From an uncultured virus (IMG/VR IMGVR_UViG_3300001481_000036) (lineage: Duplodnaviria > Heunggongvirae > Uroviricota > Caudoviricetes), in IMG/VR virus record IMGVR_UViG_3300001481_000036: a stretch of DNA of 64,000 nt, one strand, 5' to 3'. Numbering within the stretch: position 1 is the stretch's first letter; each line of letters begins with the position of its first letter. Shown here piece by piece: positions 42,703 to 53,085 of the stretch. A program made the translations under genes and the position numbers. Under the pieces are notes generated by a model that was not told the origin of the DNA, ran no database searches, and saw only the letters and a program-made list of their open reading frames with translations.

Positions 42703-43138
42703 TTTAAGAAAGGTATTTAACAAGTATAAAGACTATGATTATATAGACCCCGATTTTGCCACCTACTTCATTAAGTCACCAGAGGAATTTGATGAACAGC
42801 ATGGTGGAATATGTTGGGACTTTGTAGTAGCCATAGCTAATGAGCTAAACAAATATGACATTCCTTATACCTGTTATTTCTCTGAGGTACAGAAAAGGGA
42901 TAAAACGGTTGCTACGCATACCTATATAATTGCAGATGGTTATTGGATAGAGTGTAGTTGGCAGAAGTATAAGGGTATTAGAATGGTGGATTCTTTTACC
43001 AATATAGAGAATCTTTTATTAAGGTATTACAAGTGTAATGAGGTACATACAGTATCTTATAACCCTTTAAAGACTGTTGGCAAGACGGATAACCAATTCT
43101 TCTTTCACCTTAATGAGTATGGGAAAGAATTATCCTAA
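42692..43138 (+). CDS. transglutaminase/papain-like fold protein (tentative)
   Basis: GICWDF...THTY...WIE Cys-His-acid pattern. Confidence 0.45.
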   Translation: MYSDLRKVFNKYKDYDYIDPDFATYFIKSPEEFDEQHGGICWDFVVAIANELNKYDIPYTCYFSEVQKRDKTVATHTYIIADGYWIECSWQKYKGIRMVDSFTNIENLLLRYYKCNEVHTVSYNPLKTVGKTDNQFFFHLNEYGKELS

Positions 43139-43159
43139 AATTAAAAGAGAAAATATAAT

Positions 43160-43646
43160 ATGGTGAATATAGAAGATTTAGAATTAGAAGAAGGAACAAT
43201 TGTCTTAGAACCACAATCATCCTATAATAAGGCAATTATAGGTGTATCCATAGACTCTAAGCATATCATTTATAGTTATGACCTATTACTTTATACTCTT
43301 GTAGAAGGTGGTATGTCTTATGAGGATGCTATGGATTGGTTAGAATATAACACTTTTCGTTCTTTAGCTTATATGGACGTAGAGTATAGACCTATAATAA
43401 TTAGGTCTATAGAGGAGGAATAGAATGCAATATCTTTATTCATACAGATTTAAAGTAACTACAGATCCTAATGATAAAGACTCTATTTATTTTCCTGATT
43501 TAATTGGCGCACAGTTAGGTATAGAGGAAGCTAAGGATAATATTAGACAATTCTTAGAGCGAGAGGAAACTAAAATTCAGAAAATAAAGGATGATATTCC
43601 TAATATGATCAATTTAATTAACGCTTACTTTGGAGGTAAACAATGA
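43160..43646 (+). CDS. two small hypothetical ORFs (43160-43423, 43425-43646)
   Basis: first has GMSYEDAMDWLEYN motif common in phage hypotheticals. Confidence 0.5.
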
Positions 43647-45634
43647 GTGGCGGACACTTCGATTACCAAGACTCTCGCATCTATGACTTTGCAGAATATG
43701 TTGAATATTTTAAACCGAAAAATATTAATGATAAGACAACAGTATTAGAACATACATCAAAACTAAATAGATTATTACATGACAATGGTATTCCTGAAAA
43801 ACTTCGTAGTCAATTCGTAGGTACATGTTTGTTGGCTTTAAAGAATAATTTAACCTATAAAGGACTTAATACCAGTCAAATTATCGCTGGTATTAAGGAT
43901 GTATTAGGAAGCCTTCTTGAGGGTAGTGTAGACAAGGCAGATAAAATAGCAATTTTACACACACAGATATTACAAAGTCAAAGTGTAGAAAAGATTAAGT
44001 CGGAAAATTTTGAAAGGTTACTACTATTTATTGAGACTAACATTGTTCCTTATATTAACGAGTCAAGTAATGAAGGACATGATATTTTAAGTTATTTTTT
44101 TACAACATTTAATAAATATGTAGCCAGAGAAGATAAGAATCAAGCATTCACTCCAAACCATATTGCTCAGTTCATGGCTACTGTTGCGGGTATTTATAGA
44201 ACATCACGAATTTTAGACCCAACATGTGGTTCTGGAACATTTCTTGTGCAAGCTATGACTCAAGCACTTAACCAATGTGATACCAATGAAGAGCGTGATG
44301 CCATAAAAAGAGAACAAATCTATGGTATAGAGTTCGATAGAAATGTGTATGGATTGGCAACAACAAATATGCTAATTCATGGTGATGGAAACTCAAATAT
44401 TCGATGTGGATCATGTTTTGATTTAGGTGATTGGATAAAGAAAAGTAATGCGGATGTTGTTTTAATGAATCCACCATATAATGCGTCAAAGAATCAGGTA
44501 ACAGATAGATTTGCTTCAACATGGAGCAAAACGAGTACAGACCCATCAAAGGGGTTTAGTTTTGTTGAATTTGTTGCTGATAAGGTTGGGAAAGGAAGAT
44601 TAGTAACACTTTTGCCTATGGCATGTGCAATTCAAACAGATGGTGTAATCGGTGATTTTAAACAAAAGATGCTTGAAAAGCATACGTTAGATGCGGTATT
44701 TTCATTTCCAACTGAAATGTTTTATCCTGGGGCTAGTGCTGTTGCGTGTTGTATGGTTTTCGATTTAGGAAAGCCACATAAACCAGACAAAGAGACATTC
44801 TTTGGATATTTCAGGGAAGATGGTTTTGAAAAGCGCAAAGGTGTAGGTCGTGTTGATGTGTATGAAACATGGGAAACAATTCAAAAGGATTGGCTACACT
44901 TATATAATCATCGTTTAACAGTTGCTGGTAAGTCGATTAATCGTCATGTGAAAGCAACGGACGAATGGTGTGCGGAAGCATATATGAAAGCAGACTATTC
45001 TAAACTTTCAAAAAAGATGTTTTTGAATACAGTGCGAGAGTATATATCCTACCTCGTTAAAGATAATATGACCTTATCATTTCTACCCACTGGCCAAAAT
45101 AATGGTGCATTAGATTGGATTAACGATTTAATTTGTAATTTGTCTGAACGTTCAATTAAAGATTCTTCGATTGATACATCCTCTTGGGTGGAAATTGAAA
45201 TCCAAAAATACTTTAATGTTAAGGCTGGAAAATACTATTATTCTTATGAGTATGACAATGGTGATACTCCTTATTTATCGGCTTCAAATGAAAACAATGG
45301 GGTAAAAGAAAGAATTAGTATTCCTCCTGATTTTGATGGTAATTGTATTGTTACAGGAAAAGTAGGGTGTACATCTTTCTACGAACCTTTTTCTTTTTGT
45401 GCTACAAGTGATGTAAATATTTTACTACCAAAATTTCATCTAAATGTAGAGATTGGTCTTTTTATAGCTACCATAATTAACTTTAACGAAAACTTTCGAT
45501 GGAATTATGGACGACAATGCCGTGTAGGTAATACACAGAGAATTAAGATCTTTCTTCCTTCAAAAAAAGGAGAACCAGACTGGCAGTTTATGGAGAATTA
45601 CATAAAGTCGCTCCCATACGGAGACAGGATTTAG
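43643..45634 (+). CDS. N6-adenine DNA methyltransferase fused to specificity (TRD) domain, Type IIG/BcgI-like, apparently lacking nuclease domain
   Basis: FTPNHI, LDPTCGSGTFL, MNPPY; C-terminal HsdS-like (PYLSASNENNG...IFLP...PDWQFMENYIKSL). Confidence 0.85.
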   Translation: MSGGHFDYQDSRIYDFAEYVEYFKPKNINDKTTVLEHTSKLNRLLHDNGIPEKLRSQFVGTCLLALKNNLTYKGLNTSQIIAGIKDVLGSLLEGSVDKADKIAILHTQILQSQSVEKIKSENFERLLLFIETNIVPYINESSNEGHDILSYFFTTFNKYVAREDKNQAFTPNHIAQFMATVAGIYRTSRILDPTCGSGTFLVQAMTQALNQCDTNEERDAIKREQIYGIEFDRNVYGLATTNMLIHGDGNSNIRCGSCFDLGDWIKKSNADVVLMNPPYNASKNQVTDRFASTWSKTSTDPSKGFSFVEFVADKVGKGRLVTLLPMACAIQTDGVIGDFKQKMLEKHTLDAVFSFPTEMFYPGASAVACCMVFDLGKPHKPDKETFFGYFREDGFEKRKGVGRVDVYETWETIQKDWLHLYNHRLTVAGKSINRHVKATDEWCAEAYMKADYSKLSKKMFLNTVREYISYLVKDNMTLSFLPTGQNNGALDWINDLICNLSERSIKDSSIDTSSWVEIEIQKYFNVKAGKYYYSYEYDNGDTPYLSASNENNGVKERISIPPDFDGNCIVTGKVGCTSFYEPFSFCATSDVNILLPKFHLNVEIGLFIATIINFNENFRWNYGRQCRVGNTQRIKIFLPSKKGEPDWQFMENYIKSLPYGDRI

Positions 45635-45704
45635 GTAGTGAAATATCTCAAAACCAAGTACAGTTTGCACTAAATCGCATATCCAAATGGAACAAGGAGA
45701 CAGC

Positions 45705-46334
45705 ATGAAGATTATAGAACCATATTATGAGATTCTTACACCTATTAATGGTAAAGAGGCTCTGCAAACAATAGAGTATTGTGCCCGCACTTGCTACCAG
45801 TCTTACGATAAACAGACGGATGATTCCTGTTTCCAGTTTGTAAAGATGCTTATGGGGAGAAACCATGAATCATGTTTAGAACACTATTCATTCTCTGTTA
45901 AATTTGTAGTAGACAGGGCTATTCAGAATGAAATAGTGCGGCATAGACTTAGCTCATTCTGTTGCTCAAGTACACGTTACTGTAATTATTCTAAAGATAA
46001 GTTTGGTAATGAGATAACAGTCATTCGACCATTCTTTTATAAAGATGGTACAGCGGAATTTGAGTTTTGGAAAAAGGCGATGAAGGATGCAGAGGCTTAT
46101 TACTTATTCTTAGTGTCACATTCCAAACCAGAGGAAGCTAGGTGTGTATTACCGCTATCACTTAAAACAGAATTGGTTATGACAGCTAATATTCGAGAAT
46201 GGCGTCATTTCTTAAAGTTGAGAACGTCGGCATTTTCCCACCCACAAATGCGTCAAGTCACTATCCCTCTTTTAAACGAGCTTAAATCTTTAATACCTGT
46301 GGTGTTTGATGATATAGAAGGTGAAGTAGAGTGA
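45705..46334 (+). CDS. thyX: FAD-dependent thymidylate synthase
   Basis: ARTCY, HESCLEH, RHRLSSFCCSSTRY signature, ARCVLP, NIREWRHF, HPQMR. Confidence 0.93.
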   Translation: MKIIEPYYEILTPINGKEALQTIEYCARTCYQSYDKQTDDSCFQFVKMLMGRNHESCLEHYSFSVKFVVDRAIQNEIVRHRLSSFCCSSTRYCNYSKDKFGNEITVIRPFFYKDGTAEFEFWKKAMKDAEAYYLFLVSHSKPEEARCVLPLSLKTELVMTANIREWRHFLKLRTSAFSHPQMRQVTIPLLNELKSLIPVVFDDIEGEVE

Positions 46335-47110
46335 TGAGAAGTCCGATTAAGTACTTTGGGGGTAAAATCTATATGCAGGGAGAGATTCAATCTTGTTACC
46401 CGTCAAATCTTTATGATTACACTTTTGTTGAGGGTTTTGGTGGCGGGGCTTCCGCTTTATTTGCCAAACCCCCATTTGGGGTAGAGGTGTATAATGACTT
46501 AGACGAAAACCTGTATGCTTTATTTAAGGTATTGCAGGATAAGGAATTATTCGCAGTCTTTAAGTCTAAGTTAGACCTCACACCTTATTCCAAACAAATC
46601 AGACAGGAATTTAAGGACAGCATAAAGCAGGATAACATTGACCTAGTTACCCGCGCCTTCATGTTCTTCTACATTAACCGAACATCCTTTAACGGGGTAG
46701 GTGGGTTCTGCACTAATTTAAGTGTACGCAGGAACATGAGCAAGGCTGTTTCGGATTATCTGTCTATGGTGGATTACCTTCCAGAGATACACGACCGCAT
46801 TTCTAGAGTGATCATTGAAAAGGTGGACATTCTGGAACTGTTAGACAAGTATAATAAACCCTCAATTTTCTTTTACCTTGATCCACCCTATGTTCACTCT
46901 ACTCGAAAATCCACGGCTCGCTATAACGTAGAGATGACGGACGATCAACACCGATCCATGATAGAGGCCATCATTAACCATAGTGGAAAGTTCGTGATTT
47001 CTGGTTACGATAATCCCATCTATGACCCCCTGTTGGATAACGGGTTCAATAAGAAAAACTTTAAGTCTCCCTCCTCTGAATCCATAGAGACAGTTTGGTT
47101 TAATACTTGA
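46334..47110 (+). CDS. Dam/D12-family N6-adenine DNA methyltransferase
   Basis: YFGGK, VEGFGGGA, YNDLD, YLDPPY, ISGY; visibly more GC-rich codons than neighbours. Confidence 0.9.
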   Translation: MRSPIKYFGGKIYMQGEIQSCYPSNLYDYTFVEGFGGGASALFAKPPFGVEVYNDLDENLYALFKVLQDKELFAVFKSKLDLTPYSKQIRQEFKDSIKQDNIDLVTRAFMFFYINRTSFNGVGGFCTNLSVRRNMSKAVSDYLSMVDYLPEIHDRISRVIIEKVDILELLDKYNKPSIFFYLDPPYVHSTRKSTARYNVEMTDDQHRSMIEAIINHSGKFVISGYDNPIYDPLLDNGFNKKNFKSPSSESIETVWFNT

Positions 47111-47221
47111 GTGTGTCACCTGAATGAAAAGATTAAAGAGTTAATTTAAGGTATGGAGTCCTCGGGTTAAACCTTCTTAGAAAGGTTGCCTAAATTTTCG
47201 TATTATGGTATGCACTAGTGG

Positions 47222-47285
47222 GAGAGGATTTAGTAGGTGAATCCCCTGAGACCAATTTTACAAAAATTTTCCAAACTCTTGGAGG
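47222..47285 (+). repeat. dispersed element, copy 7
   Basis: GAGGATT...AATCCCCTGAGACCAATTTTACAAAAA...GGAGG. Confidence 0.85.
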
Positions 47286-47291
47286 GTTGCT

Positions 47292-47948
47292 ATGATGCTT
47301 AATACGGATGTTATTGTTAAGCTGAACTTTGATCTGAGTGGTAACTGTGCTAGTTTTTTGCTAGCCTCTTACTTGGATATTAAACAGTTTATGCTTAATT
47401 CACTCTCAAAACAAGTTCCCTTCCTTGTTGACTTTTTACTCTGGCACAATTCACACAGCATTGAGGCTATCACACAGAAAAGCACGGAGTCTTACATTAC
47501 AGAGCTTTATTCGACTAAGGCAAAGAGCTATGCTGATGTCATTCGTTCCTACCTACGTTCTTTTTGTGCATTCCTTTCCAGTAAAGAGATAATCCCAGAC
47601 ATTTCTTTTGACACCCGTCCAAAAGGTAAAGCAGAAGACCCAACCAAACTCCATAAGGTATTTAATTATTATAAGTATTTGGGTATCTCTAAGAGGGCTG
47701 ACCTTTCAGAGATAAAAAAGGCGTATCATAACAAAGCCCGTACACTTCATCCAGACATGAATCAGGATGATCCCAATGCGACTAATCGGGTTATGGCTTT
47801 AAATAAGATGTATGACATTCTTAAAAATGAATCAGATAGGTTGGCGTATGATGTGGCTATGGGTTATTCTGATTATGATGATGATTACTTGGACTCTTTA
47901 GAGGGTATATCATGGCACGATAAAGAGTTCTACTTCATTTGGATTTAA
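47292..47948 (+). CDS. DnaJ (J-domain) protein
   Basis: NYYKYLGI...EIKKAY...LHPD...LNKMYDIL...RLAYD. Confidence 0.85.
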   Translation: MMLNTDVIVKLNFDLSGNCASFLLASYLDIKQFMLNSLSKQVPFLVDFLLWHNSHSIEAITQKSTESYITELYSTKAKSYADVIRSYLRSFCAFLSSKEIIPDISFDTRPKGKAEDPTKLHKVFNYYKYLGISKRADLSEIKKAYHNKARTLHPDMNQDDPNATNRVMALNKMYDILKNESDRLAYDVAMGYSDYDDDYLDSLEGISWHDKEFYFIWI

Positions 47949-48026
47949 CCAATGCCTCGTTAAGGGGCTTTTCCTTTCCTTCATTTTCCATCATACCAAC
48001 TTTCAAAAAATTTGGAGCAAAAAACT

Positions 48027-48587
48027 ATGAGTAAAGAGAACAAAGAGACCGTGGCAATTAAAGGGACAGTTAAAGTTAGACGTAACAAAGAGATTAAAAA
48101 AGACTCAATACGTATTCAGCAAGACCAGAATATGTATGAGGAGAATAAGCCAAAACAAGATAAAAATGGGCGTAACTGGATTGGAAACATTGTTAAAGAC
48201 CTTCCACCTATAATATCACCAGAGGAATATTGGGCAGGTGTGCGTAAAGAGATTTTGCCAGAACACTTAGCTTTATTTGACTCAACTCAATCTACTATAG
48301 TTAAAGAGGTGTTAAAAGAAGTGAACGGTGTTTTACCAGAATACCGTTTTCAAATTTCCTTGCTCCAATTCAAGAAATTAACTGAGCAAGATTTTTTATC
48401 CCTCAAAGAAATAACAGACCACATTAAGATTCGTGCCTGCGATGCAGGAGACATCCTTAAAGCAATCTTATATAAGAAAGAAGTAGAACATTATTCTTTA
48501 GACTTTAAATTCTCTGGTCAGTCTATAAAGGACATCTTTGGTACTAGTTGGGAACACTCTTTTTACACCCTCTATCTAATCGGATGA
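48027..48587 (+). CDS. hypothetical protein
   Basis: ATG 48027 after a partial repeat (TCATACCAACTTTCAAAAAA, 47991) and GGAG. Confidence 0.5.
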   Translation: MSKENKETVAIKGTVKVRRNKEIKKDSIRIQQDQNMYEENKPKQDKNGRNWIGNIVKDLPPIISPEEYWAGVRKEILPEHLALFDSTQSTIVKEVLKEVNGVLPEYRFQISLLQFKKLTEQDFLSLKEITDHIKIRACDAGDILKAILYKKEVEHYSLDFKFSGQSIKDIFGTSWEHSFYTLYLIG

Positions 48588-48610
48588 TCTTTTCTACTAA
48601 GGAGGGAATT

Positions 48611-48853
48611 ATGGATTTATTACCTATATTAGAAAATATTTCTGGCGAGATTGATGCAATTAAGCTGTACACAAAAGCCATAGAACAGAGTACTGATCCA
48701 ACTGTAGTAGAGGTTTTAACGTCTATTAGGGATGAGGAAAAAGTTCACGTCGGCGAACTTATGTACCTAGCTATGAAGGTGTCACCTGAATTAGCCTCTA
48801 AATTCCTTGAAGGGTGTAAAGAGGTTAAAGAGCTAGTTGGAGATATGAATTAG
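48611..48853 (+). CDS. small ferritin-like (rubrerythrin/encapsulated-ferritin-type) protein
   Basis: EIDAIKLY...IRDEEKVHVGEL di-iron helix pair. Confidence 0.75.
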   Translation: MDLLPILENISGEIDAIKLYTKAIEQSTDPTVVEVLTSIRDEEKVHVGELMYLAMKVSPELASKFLEGCKEVKELVGDMN

Positions 48854-48878
48854 AAAGCGGCGGTTATGCCGCTTTTTT
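48854..48878 (+). terminator. rho-independent terminator
   Basis: AAAGCGGC-ggttat-GCCGCTTTTTT. Confidence 0.8.
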
Positions 48879-48929
48879 AGTCTTATTCGTATTATAGAGC
48901 TGTGTATTTATTCTAACAAAGGATTAAGA

Positions 48930-50534
48930 ATGAGGTATCATAGAAAAGCACCTAGGTTAAAAGGATGCAGAATCCACAAGAAGCATTACTGGGATATTTT
49001 TGAGGCAATTAAAAACTACCATTACTGGATGTTTACCGATAGTGATGTAAGCAGGGTGGAGATTCTTCCACCTACTTTAGACAACCTTAATTTAATGAAG
49101 GAGAGTCATTTATGGTGGGTCGTTAAAGGGTTTAAAAATCCTTTGGAGTTTAAAGTATGGGATAATCTTAGAATAGAGCAAGGTGTCTATTCAATGCTGT
49201 ATGCTTCCCGATCTGTGGGTAATGAGCTAATCTTTCGAGCTATAAATGCTATGTTAAATGAAGAACCTCTGCCGTCTAAAACAGAAATAGACCAGTATGT
49301 AGAGGCTAATAAACTCATTCCTATAATGGATGCCAAATCGGAGAAAAGAATCAAAGAGAGAGAACATTATAAAAGACTGTATGAGAAATATTCCATTCTT
49401 CTGCATAGAAGAATATTCCGTCTTATAAAGCAAGGTAGAGTCGGGTTAATTGAACAATGAGTAAAGAGAACTTAAGAGAGCTGTATAATCAGCCCATTAT
49501 GGCCGATGTATTAGACTTTATTCAACGCCGTTTCCAAACGGCGAAAGATGACCCACAATGGGTATCTGGAAACTGCTTTTATTTTGCGGCTATTCTTAAA
49601 GTACGTTTCCCACAAGGGTTTATCGTTTATGACGTAATTAAAGGTCATTTTCTTTTCCTGTATCACTCTTTATTGGTGGATGCTGTGCATCACGAATACT
49701 TGAAAAAGAAAGTTGTTCCATCCAAAGACTCTTTTATGGTAACTTCCAATATTGTTGTTTGGGATTTTTTCCCATTCTACGATAACCTTCAATACAGAAG
49801 AATCCTTCGAGACTGCATAGAATAGGAGAGACATTATGTTTGCACTCAACATTTCACAGAACGGAAAAGACTATAAGGCTTATTTTCAGAATGGACGTTT
49901 GCGGAGATACAAAGATTTACCACTAGCTAAGAATGCCTCTAAACAGCTTTTAAATAACACTAAGAATAACATTCATACTGTGGAGATTTTCCAAGTAGAG
50001 GATAACACCCCCATTATGTTTGTTACTAAGGAATCCACTAAGATTGTAGAAAGTAAATACAGCCCTTGTGTAAAAGACATAAATATCCCCGTTACTAAGA
50101 AAAGAGAGAATACCGTACCTTTAGAATCCTTAATTGAAAAGAAGGATATTCCTATTAAGAAGGAAGCACCTAAAAATAATACTGATAATGCTCTAGCCCT
50201 TGTACAGCAGGAGCGTAAAGACAGAATCCAATTCCTTAAAGACTGTCACGAAAAGCATAAAAAGAAGGTGGAACAGAGACAGCAGGTAAATGTAGCCAAC
50301 TCAATCAATAATCTGACAGATCCAAAAGTCTGGGAAAAATCCAAAGCATTCCTTAATTCATTTACGGCAAACGTGCTAGAAATAGCTATTAAGGATAATG
50401 ATTATAAAACTCTGTTTAATACAGAAATTATGTTAGCTCAAAAAGGTTACTCTTGGTATCCTGATGAGAATAACAATATTCAAATAGCCCCGACAGAAAA
50501 GGTGTTGGAGATAATCAATAAAAAAAATGAATAG
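48930..50534 (+). CDS. three hypothetical ORFs (48930-49460, 49457-49825, 49836-50534)
   Basis: second has GNCFYFA...H...VDA (Cys-His-Asp-like). Confidence 0.5.
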
Positions 50535-50925
50535 GAATACCTTTGAAAGATATATCCAAGAGTTGTGTGAGGATTTAGCATTAAAGCACAACTCGTATGC
50601 ACACAGGCAAAAGCACGCCTGTGTGCTAACATATAACAATGCTGTTATAGCTACGGGGATAAACATTAACTTAAAGAATGATTTTACTCGTGTGTATAAT
50701 GACCTTAAATGTCTGCACGCCGAGGCTGTAGCTATAATGAGAGCTATTCCTAAACACCATAATATACTGCATAAGACAGAATTGTGGGTATGTAGGAAGG
50801 GGAAGCTAAACAGTTACTCAAAGCCTTGCCCAATGTGTCAAAAGATAATCAGGACATTTAACATTCCCATTATCCATTACACAGATGAAGTAGGAAACTG
50901 GATAACAGAATCCCTTTATTCCTAA
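50527..50925 (+). CDS. cytidine/deoxycytidylate deaminase-family protein
   Basis: LHAE...SKPCPMC Zn-binding motif. Confidence 0.8.
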   Translation: MNRNTFERYIQELCEDLALKHNSYAHRQKHACVLTYNNAVIATGININLKNDFTRVYNDLKCLHAEAVAIMRAIPKHHNILHKTELWVCRKGKLNSYSKPCPMCQKIIRTFNIPIIHYTDEVGNWITESLYS

Positions 50926-50994
50926 TATCAAATTGTATAGCTCTTTATAAACCCTTACTACGGGTTTAACTCTCATAATATAAAGGAGAATATC

Positions 50995-51822
50995 ATGGTT
51001 AAATTAAAGAAAGATGAAAAAATGTCGAATAAGATTCTCTCTAAAGTTGGCCTAAAAGGCAAAAAACTGACTGAGGATGAGTTTACTAAGAAAGCTACAG
51101 AGGAATTAAAAGCCCTCTCTAAACTAACACCTAATGGTTGGGAAGCTAACTTAGAACTGAATAGTCATAATAAAAAAGATTCCCTTCAACACCGCCTGTA
51201 TATGCAGGATAAAAAAGCACCTGATGATAATTATATTGTTATAACATTTGCTTGGTGGAAAGACTGGGATTATGATGAATATGATCATACAGTCTATTAC
51301 AAATCCAGTATAGATGGAAAAGAGGAAGAAGATGATATTCTACTAGGGTATGAGGGTAAATGGGATCTCTCTAAACTGAATACTTGGTTAAATGGCAAAC
51401 TTGCCGAGATTAAAAAGAATACCAAACCAGAAAGCAGAGTGATTCGTAGAGAGTCTATCGTCACTGGGCATGATTTAGATATGGTTTTAATGGATTTAGG
51501 AAATATTATAGAGAATTTAGATTATATAGAACAGCGTTATGATGTACCACAAGAAGTTTCTCGTTGTATCTCTTTAGCAGAAAGTTTATCAGAAGCTATT
51601 TCAAGTATAGTAAAAATGAATAATGGGGACTTTGAAAAATCTATACGGGATGATAGATTAAGAGGTATTCGAGGTATTATTGTTCGTTTTGGTAATGCCG
51701 CTGAGAAAGTTTTAAGGATGTTACATGACCCTATGGGAGATACATGGACAAATCATAGTCAACTTAAATACTTAGAAAGAGATATAGAAAATATCTTGAG
51801 TACATTAAGTAAAATAGGTTAG
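50995..51822 (+). CDS. hypothetical protein, candidate head-internal protein
   Basis: MVKLKKDE leader, internal PES/RRES; terminator at 51826-51856. Confidence 0.5.
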   Translation: MVKLKKDEKMSNKILSKVGLKGKKLTEDEFTKKATEELKALSKLTPNGWEANLELNSHNKKDSLQHRLYMQDKKAPDDNYIVITFAWWKDWDYDEYDHTVYYKSSIDGKEEEDDILLGYEGKWDLSKLNTWLNGKLAEIKKNTKPESRVIRRESIVTGHDLDMVLMDLGNIIENLDYIEQRYDVPQEVSRCISLAESLSEAISSIVKMNNGDFEKSIRDDRLRGIRGIIVRFGNAAEKVLRMLHDPMGDTWTNHSQLKYLERDIENILSTLSKIG

Positions 51823-51825
51823 TTA

Positions 51826-51856
51826 GAAAGCCCCAACTAAGGGGCTTTTCTTTTTT
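51826..51856 (+). terminator. rho-independent terminator
   Basis: AAAGCCCC-aactaa-GGGGCTTTTCTTTTT. Confidence 0.8.
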
Positions 51857-51868
51857 ATAGGAGACAGC

Positions 51869-52339
51869 ATGACAGACCGCATTTCATGGGATTCCTATTT
51901 CATGTCCATAGCGTATATAGCTTCATTGCGTAGTATAGATCCTCATACTAAGGTTGGGGCAGTATTAGTAGATTCAGAACATCATATAGTAGGTACGGGG
52001 TATAATTCATTTGTGAAGGGTATAGATGATTCACAATTACCTTTATCCAGAGAGGGAGATTTTTTATCGACGAAATACCCGTATATTGTACATGCAGAGA
52101 TTAACTGCATTCTTAATTCAGTTACACATTCTCTTACTGGTTCTACTTTATTCTGCACTTTGTTTCCATGCAATGAGTGTATGAAGGCGATAATCAATAA
52201 AGGGATAACCGAGATTGTTTATCTTAATGAGCCTTCTACTAAAGACATATACATCGCTTCCAGACGGCTAATGGAACTATCTAATACCAGTTGTCGTCAG
52301 CTCACTAACTTTTCCATACATACTATTCTAAAGCAATGA
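51869..52339 (+). CDS. dCMP deaminase
   Basis: WDSYFMSIA, RSIDPHTKVGA, GYN, VHAEINCI, FPCNEC. Confidence 0.92.
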   Translation: MTDRISWDSYFMSIAYIASLRSIDPHTKVGAVLVDSEHHIVGTGYNSFVKGIDDSQLPLSREGDFLSTKYPYIVHAEINCILNSVTHSLTGSTLFCTLFPCNECMKAIINKGITEIVYLNEPSTKDIYIASRRLMELSNTSCRQLTNFSIHTILKQ

Positions 52340-53085
52340 GAATAACAGCTATATCCGATATTCATGGTGACTTAATTCAAATAAAACCAACTGATTTACT
52401 GATTATAGCGGGTGACTGGTCTCCATTAGAGATACAACGAAACCCATTCTTTATGCGGGAATGGATGAATGATTGTTTGCTAGAATGGTTTAAAGAGATT
52501 CAGGCAGACAAGATCATCTTTATCGCAGGAAACCATGACTTTGTATGTGACCCAAACTATATCAATATGGGCTTTACAGAGCTTCAATTCCTTCTTAGTT
52601 TTGAAAAGGATTTCTTACAGCCTTTACTAAGAAAACATAATCTTACAAACAAGGTGAAGTATCTGTGCAATTCCCTTACTGTATATAAGGGTTATAGAAT
52701 ATATGGTTTTCCTAACGTAGAAGGGTGTCATGGTTGGGCTTTTAGTCAGGCTGAAATAAGACAGTCTTTTAGGCTGATTAAAAAGTGTGATATTCTGATT
52801 ACGCACCAACCACCTTTATATAATCGTATAGGTAGAACGGTAGTGAACAAGCAGGATTGTGAATTTGGTTCATACCAATTGTTAGATGTCATTCAAAGGA
52901 AAAGACCGCAGTATCTTTTCTGTGGTCATATCCATGAGGGAGATCATTCTAAAACAGTATATAATCATCCCGAGGGCGGATTTACAGAGATGTATAATTG
53001 CTCTATAAAGGATGAGGAATACAATGTCTTTTTTAAACCACAAGTCGTAGAAATTCCAAACCGTACAGGAGAGAACAATGCTTAA
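52336..53085 (+). CDS. calcineurin-like metallophosphoesterase
   Basis: SDIHG, AGD, AGNHD, THQPP, CGHIHE. Confidence 0.9.
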   Translation: MRITAISDIHGDLIQIKPTDLLIIAGDWSPLEIQRNPFFMREWMNDCLLEWFKEIQADKIIFIAGNHDFVCDPNYINMGFTELQFLLSFEKDFLQPLLRKHNLTNKVKYLCNSLTVYKGYRIYGFPNVEGCHGWAFSQAEIRQSFRLIKKCDILITHQPPLYNRIGRTVVNKQDCEFGSYQLLDVIQRKRPQYLFCGHIHEGDHSKTVYNHPEGGFTEMYNCSIKDEEYNVFFKPQVVEIPNRTGENNA

